Below, piece by piece: positions 1 through 11,705 of a stretch of 64,000 nucleotides of DNA. The notes beneath the pieces are model-generated. The model searched no databases. It was not told where the DNA came from and saw only the letters and a program-made list of their open reading frames with translations. The stretch lies in NCBI GenBank assembly GCA_047495785.1, contig JBLDXI010000009.1, positions 4,836,001 through 4,900,000 on the forward strand, given 5' to 3'. Source of the DNA: Lepidodermella squamata. Its lineage: Eukaryota; Animalia; Gastrotricha. The first letter of the stretch is position 1. Every line of letters begins with the position of its first letter. The translations under genes were made by a program, and so were the position numbers.

Positions 1-1010
1 AAAAAACTAGAAAGCCACTTGGGGACCCTTTAGCCATAAAATTGGGTGAAAATACCATTTAATTCAGAGAGGGAAGTAGGGCAGCAGAACCGCTTAGGAT
101 GAGGAGATTCGACGTGAGGGTCCCCCTTTGGTATTATTTGACTGAGGTCACTTTGCTGGCGGATTGAACTGGTAGGAATGATCCCTATCCTTACTACAGA
201 TACAGCGCAAAACAGTTCTAGTTCGGGGATACCATCTTCGCCAAATTTTGCGTGTTGCTCTGATGGTCATAATGATGGCATCAATGGGATCCTTGGCAGC
301 ACGCGATTCTATCAGTTGATTCATATAGTCTACAAAAAAACACATCCACCAACCCGACCAGCCCCACATTCGCGACCGACCCAGCAAAAAGTAGTTGGAC
401 TTTGACACTGCATATCGAGACTAAGATGTCCGAGCATCGCGCACAGAGCTGCAGGTTTGTAAGAGAGCAACAAATTGAGAAATAGCGCACATCTTATTTT
501 CAATTTTTGGGAATTATCTTAGTTTCCCAGTTAGCTATATTTCTATTTATCATATTATGAGTTGTGCAGTTCGTAACGGCTAAATGATTGTTTGCACTTT
601 CAAGTTTGACGTTTGTCTGTTTGGTGAAACTGGACAACTTCACCGCTATTATACTTCGAATCAGGAAGCTAATCCAACTTTTTGCTTGTCACTCACTCAG
701 CCATTTGCCATTTGATGAAAGTGGGCGTTAAGGCTTGTGCAACCATTGACCCAGAATAGTAACCCTCTTCGCTACTGAATGCAAAGAGCGTCTGCTCTCT
801 AGAGCCTTCCTCCATGAGCAAATGACACAATTGTTGTAGCCGGAAGCACCATGTTGCTGCCTTGGGGAGTGTTTCGATGTTTTCGAGACTGGCGATCTTC
901 CTGTGAATGAAACTGAACGCCTCTCGCATTACATAAAGTCTATTCTAAGCTTGTTATCGAGTTTACTCGAACGATCCACCCAGCCATTCAGAAATATTGT
1001 TGGGCTTTTC

Positions 1011-1343
1011 ATGGCTTGGCTATTAACAACAACTTTCTTGATCATCGTAGCTGTTCACATTCGCCATGTAACATGCAACGGCTATATTGACAAGTTGAAA
1101 CAAACATCTCGCCATCAGTGTGCAAAATATTTCGGATTAGACTTCGTACCAACTCGGCAATTCATCGAAAAGCTGTCTGAATCAGGCGTTGTTCAATCAA
1201 GCAAACATGTTGTCATCAGGGGACTGCAGCTAGCAAGGCAATGCGCCGCGCTACCACTCAAAAAACGGCTTCAATTTTTGCAGCTTGTAGGCAGTTCGAG
1301 CAAGGCGGATCGGCAAACTCTCCAGCTGAAAGCTGAGCGTTGA
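1011..1343 (+). CDS. Small secreted Cys-motif array protein, member 1 (2-Cys subfamily)
   Basis: ATG 1011 gives signal peptide MAWLLTTTFLIIVAV; SRHQCAKYFG...CAALPLKKRL; AATAAA ~1448. Confidence 0.85.
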   Translation: MAWLLTTTFLIIVAVHIRHVTCNGYIDKLKQTSRHQCAKYFGLDFVPTRQFIEKLSESGVVQSSKHVVIRGLQLARQCAALPLKKRLQFLQLVGSSSKADRQTLQLKAER

Positions 1344-2021
1344 TCTATTATTACTTTACACTGAATGAAGAATCCTTGACCGATAATTCTTCGAAAATCA
1401 ATTGTTTCGCGATAAATCAATATTCAAAAGTGTCGTTTCATAACCTTAATAAATCAAAAATATTCCGCGTCTGTTGAGTTGCGAGAGTACTGTAATTCTC
1501 CAGCTGAAGATCTCATTAAATTTCAGCGCGGGGTACCTCTTCCACGAGAATTTCTTCCCGAGACCCGAGTTAAAATTTGATATGTGATATCTATCAATCT
1601 ATCGTGGCTCTTTTCTGCTTTCATTATTACAGATTACAGCTTGGAAATTTGGACCGCTAGCTCTCATGGGATGTGAAATCGCGGAGTTTAGACTTGATGA
1701 CGAATTTAATCATCTTTAAAGTCCCTTGACGGTTATTTATAGGCGCGCTGGTTTATTTTTTTCAAAACCAATCTATCATTATGAAAATTACCCTCTGCGC
1801 CATACCTTCAGGGATTCCATCAACGCATGCCAGATGTAAATTCTTGAACAATCCAAAAGGAATTTGCGCCAAGCTGATAAGTCCGAGAGTAACGTGACAC
1901 TAATGCACTGGGCTGTAATTGATATTAAATTTCTGTCTGCTTTGAAAATTTTTGCTTCATATTTATATAGCTCGTTTTGCATGGATTTTACAGTTTCCTA
2001 AAAATCGCATTATATTTTGAA

Positions 2022-2333
2022 ATGGCTGCATTAAACCTTGTCATAGCCGTGGCGCTATTCGCAAGTCAAGTGAAAGGCGACGATTTTCTAGCGAACTTCC
2101 GAGAGCAATCTTCACGCAGGCAATGTGCAAAGTTTTTCGGGTTGGAATCTATCCCGACTAGACGGCTGGTTGGTACAGATGCGAGACCCGTGGTTATCAG
2201 TCGGTTGGCGCGAACTTGCTTAGCCCTTCCAATAGAGAAACGTATCGCGTTCCTGCGCCTTGTCAGCGAAAAGGCGAGCAGTCTAAGCAAGCCAGTTTCG
2301 GCACAGTCATTCACCAGGCAATTAAAATTATAG
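2022..2333 (+). CDS. Array member 2 (2-Cys subfamily)
   Basis: Signal MAALNLVIAVALFASQVKG; SRRQCAKFFG...CLALPIEKRI. Confidence 0.85.
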   Translation: MAALNLVIAVALFASQVKGDDFLANFREQSSRRQCAKFFGLESIPTRRLVGTDARPVVISRLARTCLALPIEKRIAFLRLVSEKASSLSKPVSAQSFTRQLKL

Positions 2334-3549
2334 TTGAATATGATTTATCGTCTGCACAGTGATGCCACAATTTAGTCTCAATATTAAGCCTGACGGTTGG
2401 ATGCTTGGAAAAATCAGATATTTCAGGCTGAAGTTTAGTCTGCGGGAATGATTTGTGTACTTTCTGTTTTTCTTGTAAGCCGATTTCGGCGTTACGATTT
2501 GGTATTTGCTGAGCATTTAATGAGGCGTTAGAATAAACATCAGCGATTGCCAATAACCGTTTCTTCATTTCATAAGGTGTCGGTTGAATTATGTTTTCGT
2601 CGGTGATTTTTTGTGATTATGCGCAATTTTCTGGTTTGATTGCTAATTAAGCTATGGTATGGGGCAATGGGACATGGTGGCTTAGTTTCAGTATCTATGG
2701 TCTGAGGGCATATAGCTGAGACTGCGTAAATGTCCTAATAGTGACGGGAGACGGAACCAGGAACGGGTTCCCAAGTATGGTTCCCAAGTATTGGATCCTA
2801 CTTCTTTACTTATATTATTAAGGTCGTAGGGGAATGCCTCCGGTATCTTTCACAGGAGGAACGGTATCCTTCACAACTGCTAAATTGGTTCGGGCCAACA
2901 TTCTAACATCACAGGGTAGCAGGCAAAACTTTTAAAGTGACTAAGGCTGGGCCAAGGGCTCAGAGTACTAGGAATACTATTAGTAAAGGCGCTGACTGTG
3001 ATACGATAGCGAGGGACATGTGTGTAGTCTCCGCATCATCGAACGGCTGTGTCATGGTCCGAATTGCACGGGAATCGAGCAAGTTGCGAAACCGTGAATG
3101 CACTAAGGACGGATACGTTACGACAAATCTTCAAAATTCCTCTTCTTCGTCTCTATTCTCTATTTCATCCTTATGAAAACAACATATTATTTGAGCCTAA
3201 GCGATGTATAAACACGTCAACTTAACTACGGCAATACCGCAATTTCCTCAAAGCTGGTTCAACCAGGCGACTTTTTGAAATGGGCATAATACTGCGGAGG
3301 AGTATCAATCGGAAATAGTGAAACGTGAGTCAATGATAGAACGAGAAAGCCCAGGTGACTGTTGAACATCCTGTAAAGCTGTACATCACTCATTTCCTCC
3401 GTTTTCACCCACACTTGAAGGCCTAGCCGTAGCGTGAAAAATCGTCCGAGGCAGCTCAAGTTGTGGAAATCGACCCCCTTGCGTTACTTCCCTTGCAAAC
3501 AATTTTTCTAGCGATCAGTACAAAATCTCGACAGTTGCTTTCAGCCAAA

Positions 3550-3897
3550 ATGATTGTTAGACAGGCTGCAACTATAGGCTTGATTTTGGCCATGCTTTCT
3601 TGCTCAGATGGCTACGATTTTGTGTTCAAGCTCAAGCACCTAACCCGACGTCATTGCGCTCAAGTTTTCGGGTTCGATTTCATCCCAACACGCAACTTTA
3701 TCGATACATTGGCTCATTCAACTGTGATAAAGGCCAACAAGCAGTTCATATCTGCGCTGAGACTAGCAAGGCGATGCGCTCATCTGCCACTGAAGAAGCG
3801 ACTTCGATTTTTGATTATGGTTGGCAATTTGAAGGCAGCTAGAGTGAAAGCGAATGACAATTTACGGCCACGCAATGACACAAAAAGCGATGTTTGA
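3550..3897 (+). CDS. Array member 3 (2-Cys subfamily)
   Basis: Signal MIVRQAATIGLILAMLSCSDG; TRRHCAQVFG...CAHLPLKKRL; closest to member 1; AATAAA 3961. Confidence 0.85.
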   Translation: MIVRQAATIGLILAMLSCSDGYDFVFKLKHLTRRHCAQVFGFDFIPTRNFIDTLAHSTVIKANKQFISALRLARRCAHLPLKKRLRFLIMVGNLKAARVKANDNLRPRNDTKSDV

Positions 3898-4392
3898 TGT
3901 GTAATATGCTTGCCATTCATTAGTTTGTTGTTTTTTCTATTACCACGTTCCAAGTTCCAAAATAAAGCCTGATTCCTAATTATATCTAAGCATTGTCAAC
4001 TAGGTTTTCGAATTTTTCAGAAATTTGTTCTGTCCTACATAGGTATTTTCAAAAATTATTCCTATTCGAACTGAAAAGCTGATGGTTCCGGTTTCAACCA
4101 TTTCAACCACAATTTTATACATTGTTTCTAGCCATGTCTGCGAAATTCAAACTAGCTCTCATTAGGACCAAGAATCGTACCCCGCTAGCCTATAATAGTT
4201 AGTCTCACACCTCGCGCATTATTCAAGACTTCACACCCTAGAAAAGGAATCGGCGGATACTTATTGCCCACTGAGGCGTTATTCCGTTCCAGCCTAAAAG
4301 GAAACGTTAATGCAAAAGGTTTTCACTATTATTAAATATCCAGGCAGCTAACTAATAATTTCTAATAAAATAACCTACGCACTGGTCTGCGA

Positions 4393-4683
4393 ATGTCTCG
4401 GAATCGGAATACGATAGCTCGGTTCTTCGTGCTAGCTTTAACCATCGGAACCACATTTTCCCAGAGCTTATTCATAACGATGCTCGAGCACCACTCAAAA
4501 AATGCCTGCTCGACCTGCTTCGGGACGAATATCATCCCTACAGAGAAACTATTGGACGCTCTTCGTCTATCGCATCTCATGAAGCGGCCTACAATCTCAG
4601 CGATAGCGGCAACATATTACTGCGTGAAATCCCCACTAGCAAAGCGGCTACAAGTTCTGATAACTGCTAAATGTGTCATATGA
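4393..4683 (+). CDS. Array member 4 (4-Cys)
   Basis: Hydrophobic signal; SKNACSTCFG...CVKSPLAKRLQVLITAKC; AATAAA ~4708. Confidence 0.85.
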   Translation: MSRNRNTIARFFVLALTIGTTFSQSLFITMLEHHSKNACSTCFGTNIIPTEKLLDALRLSHLMKRPTISAIAATYYCVKSPLAKRLQVLITAKCVI

Positions 4684-4935
4684 TTGTGATTACGATTTGT
4701 GCGTGTAAATAAAATTAACTGGCCATTTCACGCGCGTATAACGTGACTATAAAGGGATCAAACGTCTTAGTAAAAGCGTGATTGCTATATTTTACATGTC
4801 AAGTGCGAACTATGATCTAGCCACCCACAGATTTTACTCTCAGAAAGGCTAATCCTGATGTTTCAATCGTTGTCGAGTTTTTGTCTTATCCATTTAACTT
4901 TTTCGGCAAAGAGAAAGTAAATACAGTTTTTCCGA

Positions 4936-5202
4936 ATGCTACGGCTAGTTTTGCTGACAGGGCTGATTCTGAGCATTTCAGCCCGGCCATCTGTGCTGAG
5001 TTCTCTGGACCAGAAAACGCGGAGTGCCTGTGCAAAATGCTTCGGTTCTAACGTCGTGCCAACTGCAGAAATGGTTCAAATGTACAAGCAAACGCGAATT
5101 TTTCGCGCGTCGTCCCACGCTATGGCATTTCGGTGCGCGATTTTGCCACTTAAAGACCGCCTGATTCTATTAGCAACAAGTTGTAGTAAAACTACGACTT
5201 GA
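4936..5202 (+). CDS. Array member 5 (4-Cys)
   Basis: Signal; TRSACAKCFG...CAILPLKDRLILLATSC; AATAAA ~5222. Confidence 0.88.
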   Translation: MLRLVLLTGLILSISARPSVLSSLDQKTRSACAKCFGSNVVPTAEMVQMYKQTRIFRASSHAMAFRCAILPLKDRLILLATSCSKTTT

Positions 5203-5478
5203 AAAGTGTGTAGTCGCACATAATAAACATCGATTTTATTGGCCTGAATCCAGTTCTTTTTCACGCTTCAATTAATGTCGTTTTGGCGTAGGAAGCCGCT
5301 CAATTACAGTTCATTGTTTTATTTCCAGGTATAAGTGCAAATGGACGTCGCGGTTATTTCCGGTTATGTAGTGCAGATTTTCAGGATTATGAGAGCATTC
5401 CTAAAATAAAACAAGGGGTCACGCCAACCTATAACCCACTCAATGTTCCGAAATTAATTTCAGTTTTTCAAATTAATC

Positions 5479-5784
5479 ATGCGGTTTTTTATCTTGATTT
5501 TTTGCATTGGCTTCGCATCGGCTATTCCACCAAAAATTTCCTCAGTTCTCGAGGAGAAAACGAGAGCTGGCTGTGCGAAATGTTTCGGCGCTTACATGGT
5601 TCCATCGCCTGAATTGATCGCTATTCTACGGCAGTCGCATCTGGTCAGCCGTTCTTCGATGAATGCTATGGAGATGGCTTTCGAGTGCGCTAATCAGCCC
5701 GTTATCCGACGTCTGCACTTCGTGCTCAGGTCAGGGTGCGTCAATTTACCGCGCGCCAAGACGCCTACGCGCAGCAATCAGTGA
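5479..5784 (+). CDS. Array member 6 (4-Cys)
   Basis: Signal; TRAGCAKCFG...CANQPVIRRLHFVLRSGC; AATAAA ~5829. Confidence 0.88.
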   Translation: MRFFILIFCIGFASAIPPKISSVLEEKTRAGCAKCFGAYMVPSPELIAILRQSHLVSRSSMNAMEMAFECANQPVIRRLHFVLRSGCVNLPRAKTPTRSNQ

Positions 5785-5958
5785 TTTGTTGTTTGTCTTG
5801 CTTTACTTACACAAGTGCTGTTTTACTTAATAAAGCCTAAATGAGCCGGATTATTAACTTCTTTCGTCAAAAGGAATCTTCGGAGTGCGTAGGTACAACA
5901 AATTATAGTCCGATCTCATTCCCGTAATATTTTTTCTGAATTTTTTTTCCGCGAAACA

Positions 5959-6210
5959 ATGCGCAGCTTCTCGATCTTCGCACTCCTCGTGTTCTGCTTT
6001 GCCTTTTTGGTGGCAGGGCAAATCGTGGCTGGGCAGTTTCGATTTGCTGGTGACGCCTCGCCACTGGAACGCTATGAGTACCAGAAAATGATGGCATCCC
6101 TCAAGGGCGAATCTAATGGCGGCAAGATTGCTTACAAAGACAAGCTGATTCCAAGCAAAGGGAAAAGTTCATCTCACAAACGAAGCTACGTCGAATATTT
6201 CGAAAAATAA
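5959..6210 (+). CDS. Small secreted protein without the Cys domain, embedded in the array
   Basis: Strong signal peptide MRSFSIFALLVFCFAFLVAG; Lys-rich mature part; KR before C-terminal SYVEYFEK. Confidence 0.65.
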   Translation: MRSFSIFALLVFCFAFLVAGQIVAGQFRFAGDASPLERYEYQKMMASLKGESNGGKIAYKDKLIPSKGKSSSHKRSYVEYFEK

Positions 6211-6379
6211 CAGACGTCATGCTGCGTAGAAAGAGTTGATTTCGAGAAAATTAGCTGCTCTTCAAGTTAATTAACTCATGCGTCTTAGGATACGCTCACG
6301 CAGTGGACATATACGTTTATATGTATTTCAGTTGAATAAAGTTTACCATCGATATGTTTTGGCACGTATTTCTAGCAAA

Positions 6380-6805
6380 ATGAGTTCATTTACTAGAAGA
6401 TATTTCTACATCGCAGGTTTGGGCATCTTCGCCATTGGTTTTGCTGAAAGTTTGCGAGTTACAGACCAGTATCGATATGGAAGATTCTCGGAGAGATTCT
6501 TGGCTAAGATGCCAGGTTGGACAAGTGCCAATATCTCGGCTTTTCTCACGACAGGACGAACTAACCTCATGCATAAATTCTACTATTCGGAGCGCGTGCA
6601 AAGCTTGACGCGAGCATCTTGCTTGAAATGTTTCGGCCCTGGTAGCAAGGTTATGTTGTCGCCGTTTGGAAGTGTCATCGCCGTCCATAATGTCCGCTAT
6701 CGTGGAGCTGCTAAAGGTGGACCTACAAATTACGTGCAATGCACTGAACTCCCAGTCGCTGATCGCATAGCTTTACTCGTCAAATACAAATGTAGTGTAT
6801 TTTGA
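6380..6805 (+). CDS. Array member 7 (4-Cys, long N-terminal pro-like region)
   Basis: ATG 6380 gives signal MSSFTRRYFYIAGLGIFAIGFAES; TRASCLKCFG...CTELPVADRIALLVKYKC; AATAAA ~6852. Confidence 0.85.
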   Translation: MSSFTRRYFYIAGLGIFAIGFAESLRVTDQYRYGRFSERFLAKMPGWTSANISAFLTTGRTNLMHKFYYSERVQSLTRASCLKCFGPGSKVMLSPFGSVIAVHNVRYRGAAKGGPTNYVQCTELPVADRIALLVKYKCSVF

Positions 6806-7258
6806 TTTTTTGGTACCTAAAAACAAGTCAAAAATCCCCAATTTTTTATTTAATAAAATGAGAATTTTTTCATGCAATGGAACAAGAAGGTTTTTTGACC
6901 TAATATCCGAGGAAGCTTCGAGTGGGTGCCTAAATGAGATTCCTAGGTCAATTAGTTAAATATTAGAGAAAATATCTCGTTTTTAAAGCTTCACTAGTGA
7001 TCCACGCTGCTGGCAGTGAGAGTACGTTGCTTCCCCTTATCACCGGACACAGCTGTCAATCAGTGCTCATTCCAAGTGGACAGCACGGCTTCATCAATAA
7101 CAATTAAATCATTAGATTTCAAGTCGTCTGGACATATCGCTCTCCAAACCGCGAATTAGTGTCAGCTCAATCAAGCGCATAATGTTCCGCGGCAGAGTGT
7201 CATCACTCGGTTATAAAAACGTCAAACAATTCACGCGGATTTTCATTCAAGATTCAAG

Positions 7259-7579
7259 ATGTTTCGATTATTTTACGTATTTATCCTGGCTGTTGTCGCT
7301 GCCCCGTTGCTAGCAAGCTTACTCGAGACGAGCGTTACTTTACCAATCCCTGCTAATGACTTGATGATACGATTGGATCTTATCACAAAATCTTGCTGCA
7401 TCAGATGCTACGTGCCCAAGGCCGACGCGCTGAAAGGTTACAAGAATCAGCTGGTCAAGCAAGTTCGAATTTTCCGGAAATTCATCGAAAGCATTACAAG
7501 CAAGACTGCACGGTGCTTCAAACTGCCTATACGCGAAAGAATCAAGATGCTAAAGAATGCCTCATGCCCCTGGTATTAG
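7259..7579 (+). CDS. Array member 8 (5-Cys, CCxxC)
   Basis: TATAAAA ~7212; signal; TKSCCIRCY...CFKLPIRERIKMLKNASC. Confidence 0.88.
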   Translation: MFRLFYVFILAVVAAPLLASLLETSVTLPIPANDLMIRLDLITKSCCIRCYVPKADALKGYKNQLVKQVRIFRKFIESITSKTARCFKLPIRERIKMLKNASCPWY

Positions 7580-8717
7580 GCGATTTGCATTTTATCACGG
7601 TTTCTGTAAGCTAATCAGTGTTGATTTTGTCATCGAGTGTAGCAATTGAAATAAATTATTGGCAATCGTTAATTTGAATTTGAAAGATTTAGTTTGGTTT
7701 AGATGCTGATTGCAGATTGCAGATTGCAGACAGTTGAAAAGATCGCTCAAGACCAGTGTGCGAAAGGATTGCGAAAGGATGCAGTTGAGGTGTTTTCTAT
7801 TACCTAACCGAAGAGGAAACCTTATATGAAACCTTACCGAAGAGCTTTTGGAGATCTGGCATCTGGCAGAAAAGGAAGCCTCTTGGTAATGCAATGGTTT
7901 CAAATGCATCGTATAGGAGGCCATGAACAACGGCCTATGGTTTATGTAACCTTACTTTATACCTCGCTCATAGATCTATGACCTCGCTGAATAATTCTGC
8001 CGAATAGTTTTGGACCTAGAATGCAGAGGATGCATGCTCCGACGAAATTCCCCGAAGATAATTAGAAAAGCTGAAATTTCTTAATTCTGGCTTTGAATTT
8101 TATGGTATACATTTCCCAGAATATACCAACTTTTTCATTTTAAAATTGCAAATTTTTTTGCTGGTTAGCAATATTTTTGCCTAAAAACTCTCCAGGTAAG
8201 ACATTTGATTCCTCCTTCATTTGTTTATTCCTTTCCATAGTATTTCATTTTTCGTTACTTTTAAATGGCACAAGCAAAGGCAACTTCACCGTAATAAACA
8301 TGGATTTTCCAATTCGATTAACGTAGATTAAGTTAAACATAAGGTAAGCAATTCAACTAATCATTTTATCACTTGTCAAAAATATTTTGCTAGCATGGCT
8401 TCTCGTTCCAGTCGTGTACAAAATGGCGCTGTTTCAGGCCATCAGTCCTGGAAATAATTTTAATGCAATGGCTATTTAGGACATGTACTGAACTGGAACA
8501 TATTCATAACTGTCAATTGCTGATTGCCTAAGTGGACAGGTTATAAAAAAATTAGAATCGGGCTATTAAACCTTCATTAGTATTACACATAGATCCTAAG
8601 TGGTTAAATTGTATCTCTACGCCAAGTTAAAGCGACATGTCACTCGTAAACATAATCGTAATATATAAACAGCGAGTCGAGTCGCTTTTTCATCGCTGAA
8701 GTTTCAATCTACGGAAA

Positions 8718-9038
8718 ATGTTCCGATTTCTGTTATTTGTGATATTTGCCCTGATTATTCCCGCGATTTTTGCAAGTAACAAACAAGCAACTGCCAGCTT
8801 ACAGACTCCAGCCTATTCAATCATGGCTCGCCTGGAACTAATAACGAAAGCCTGTTGTATCACATGTTTTGGGCCAGATATAAACTCGCTGACTGGCTAC
8901 GACAAACAGCTCATAAAACAAGTTCGAATATTTCGAAATTATATGGACAACGTCGCGCTGAGAGCCACGAAGTGCCTGCGTTCACCCATCAGAGACAGAA
9001 TAAAGATGCTCAAAGAGGCATCGTGCTCCTGGTATTGA
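8718..9038 (+). CDS. Array member 9 (5-Cys, CCxxC), paralog of member 8
   Basis: TATA ~8663; TKACCITCFG...CLRSPIRDRIKMLKEASC; AATAAA 9111. Confidence 0.88.
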   Translation: MFRFLLFVIFALIIPAIFASNKQATASLQTPAYSIMARLELITKACCITCFGPDINSLTGYDKQLIKQVRIFRNYMDNVALRATKCLRSPIRDRIKMLKEASCSWY

Positions 9039-9462
9039 GCCAAGCTATATTTTCTGATTTTTACACTGCGAACAAATTCTACCTATCATTGTTTTGAAGT
9101 CAATATTGTTAATAAAAGACAATTTTGTTCAGAAATCTCGGATGTGCGAAATATTACGCTGCAAGCTTATCAACATCAATTCCTTTTGTTTCTCGATTGA
9201 AAGCTGAAACTGCGGAGGGTGATTCTAAAGTGAGTAAAACACGTGAAGATATTGTTCCGGTCTTCAAAATACCCTTTCGCTGAAAAATGTCGCGACTGAG
9301 TAGCAGGTAGGGGAAAATACAGCTTTTATGAAATCGGATAATCCTCCTCTCACTTCCTTGCTTTGCCACCGCCTTGATGGACCCGGCCATCCGTAGGTAG
9401 TCAACACATCAAGCCGTGTCCTTTCAACATATTTTTCGATCACAAATCTAGTTCTAAAATAA

Positions 9463-9798
9463 ATGATGCCATTCAAAAGCACGTTTGCTATCCTCCTACT
9501 AATTTCAACTATTGACGGCGGTTATGCAGAATCGAATGTCGATCATCCTCAGGAATCTACCGAAGCGAAACTGAATGTGGCTCCTCATTTCGTTTCTTGG
9601 CTAAGGGATCGAACCAGACAGGCGTGTGCGAAATGCTTCGGCCTCCCAGATATTCCTTCTCCATCGCAAGCTGCTGTTTACTTGCAAATGCACTTCTTCA
9701 AGTCACAGCACCTTCCGCAGGCCAAAGCGTATGTCTGCGCTAATCTTAACGTCGTTGCACGCATGTCATACCTATCTGAAGCTGGTTGCATTTATTAA
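9463..9798 (+). CDS. Array member 10 (4-Cys, PxFxxW subfamily)
   Basis: Signal; PHFVSWLRDRTRQACAKCFG...CANLNVVARMSYLSEAGC. Confidence 0.88.
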   Translation: MMPFKSTFAILLLISTIDGGYAESNVDHPQESTEAKLNVAPHFVSWLRDRTRQACAKCFGLPDIPSPSQAAVYLQMHFFKSQHLPQAKAYVCANLNVVARMSYLSEAGCIY

Positions 9799-10776
9799 TC
9801 ATCAGGATTGCCAAGATGTTGGCTATTCGAACAATAAATAAGTTTTCTGTTAAGAACCGATTTTTGTGAAGATAAAGAAGTGAAAACGTTGCCTGGTCCT
9901 CAGAACTGTATTTTCTGATAATTGATCATCCAATCAAGTGACGTTCTATGGACTCACATTTTTAACCCATTTGCTTGCAACAAAGTTATCTTCAATTTCA
10001 CATATATGGGTTGATGTTTGATCAACTCGCCTTTGACTTTGAAAGAGTCAGGTATAGTTTCGCTCATTTGCTCATGGAATGTCTTCAGCGATGCAAAACA
10101 TTCTGACCCTAGCTTGTCAGTTTGAATTTGACAAGTGAATTCTTGTTTTCGCCTCTTTATTCATAACAGTTACATGAAAATTTATTATTTGGCACTTAGT
10201 CACCTTCAAACTGTCACTTTCAAACGTATAAACAAGTTTTCGGCCACGCTAAGATGGCTGAACTGGAATTTCGGCCATGATCCTGATGGTGTCAAAATTT
10301 AAACCTGCACAAAAATGATTATCGAATTATTTATATTCAATTGTAATCACGATGAAGTTATTTCGATGCATCTTCATGCTTCAATAGGTAATAACAGTCC
10401 CCAACTTGACAATTTGAAGCCTTGGGAATATTTGGCTTTGAAATATTAGTAAATACGATAATAACTCGAAATTGTTGTCACCTCGAAGTGAATTGTCCAT
10501 AATGTCTCATGAGCCGTGCTTCGGCAATTTTCTTAAATAAGGGCAAAAAGCAGCGTACAGGGCAAAACAAAGAATAAGTAGTACATCGATCTCAAACGAT
10601 GAAGATTTCATTTGAAAATGTTCATATCTGGGTTAATTTTGCTTATATTGACAGTTAATTATTGCTAGCTAATTGGGATGCTAATTGTTTGGGCAGTTTT
10701 CGCGGTTTGCTGTTAAATAAAAAAATGCAGGCATATTCTTGCAGTAGAAGCAATTTCCTTGTTTGCTATATAACCC

Positions 10777-11088
10777 ATGGTCGGAATTCAGGCAATTTTC
10801 GGTCTAGCATTTGTGCTAACTTGTGCCTCGGCTTTCAGGAAAACGACCGAGTTCTCAAAAGCTGCCAACCATGTCATGTTTCGGTTGGACCTGCAAACTA
10901 AGGCCTGTTGCAAGAAATGCTTTACAGTAAACTCAAAGCTATTCCGTGATGTAAGCACCTTCTACAGCCAAATTTGGTTCTTCAGAAGTTTAGCCGAGAG
11001 CTCATCGAAGCAAGCTGTGAAATGTTTCAAGCTGCCTCTTCACGCGAGAATCCAGCTACTACGCCACGCATCGTGCAACTTAATTTAG
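10777..11088 (+). CDS. Array member 11 (5-Cys, CCxxC)
   Basis: Signal; LDLQTKACCKKCF...CFKLPLHARIQLLRHASC. Confidence 0.88.
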   Translation: MVGIQAIFGLAFVLTCASAFRKTTEFSKAANHVMFRLDLQTKACCKKCFTVNSKLFRDVSTFYSQIWFFRSLAESSSKQAVKCFKLPLHARIQLLRHASCNLI

Positions 11089-11348
11089 CTCAGAGCTATC
11101 CCATGTGGTTTTCCTTGAATTTACACGTGGCCACGTCTCGATATTTTTTTGTAAATAAAAAATGCTAGATTGTAAGAAGCTTCCTCTCACAAACGTTATA
11201 TCATGTCACTTTTGCGATCAATGACTCAGGACGTGCGAGCGTGTCGGGTCCAATGCCATTACCCTTAATTAGATTCGCCTGAATTCAGGCATCTTACATC
11301 TATATAATACTGGACTATCGTCAAATTTCTGAAATTAGTTCTCACAAA

Positions 11349-11705
11349 ATGTTGAGGATCTCGGCCTTTGAATTTCTGATCATCATTTGCACTGCTGGGT
11401 CTTACTGCAGCACATGGGATTATGGACCAGTACTTCGAGGACCTTCAGCTCGCACTATCAAAATCGAATATCCTCAATTCGCTAGATGGCTTGATATCAG
11501 AACAAAGCAGGCATGTGTGAAATGCTTCAAAATCAAGGATGTTCCGACGCCGCAAGTTGCCCAGGCGTATTCTCAGCTCCTTTTCTTCAAAGGCCTTCGC
11601 GAGCAGAAGGTCAAAGCTTACGATTGCGTGCAAGCACATGTCTACGAAAGGATACGGATTCTTCAAAAAGAGGCGTGTATGGACATGCTGCGAAATGAGA
11701 AATAA
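11349..11705 (+). CDS. Array member 12 (PxFxxW subfamily)
   Basis: TATATAA ~11301; PQFARWLDIRTKQACVKCF...CVQAHVYERIRILQKEAC. Confidence 0.88.
   Translation: MLRISAFEFLIIICTAGSYCSTWDYGPVLRGPSARTIKIEYPQFARWLDIRTKQACVKCFKIKDVPTPQVAQAYSQLLFFKGLREQKVKAYDCVQAHVYERIRILQKEACMDMLRNEK

Noticed and set aside
148-929. Short ORFs at the window start
   Set aside because: Non-ATG starts or no motifs; overlapping on both strands; no support
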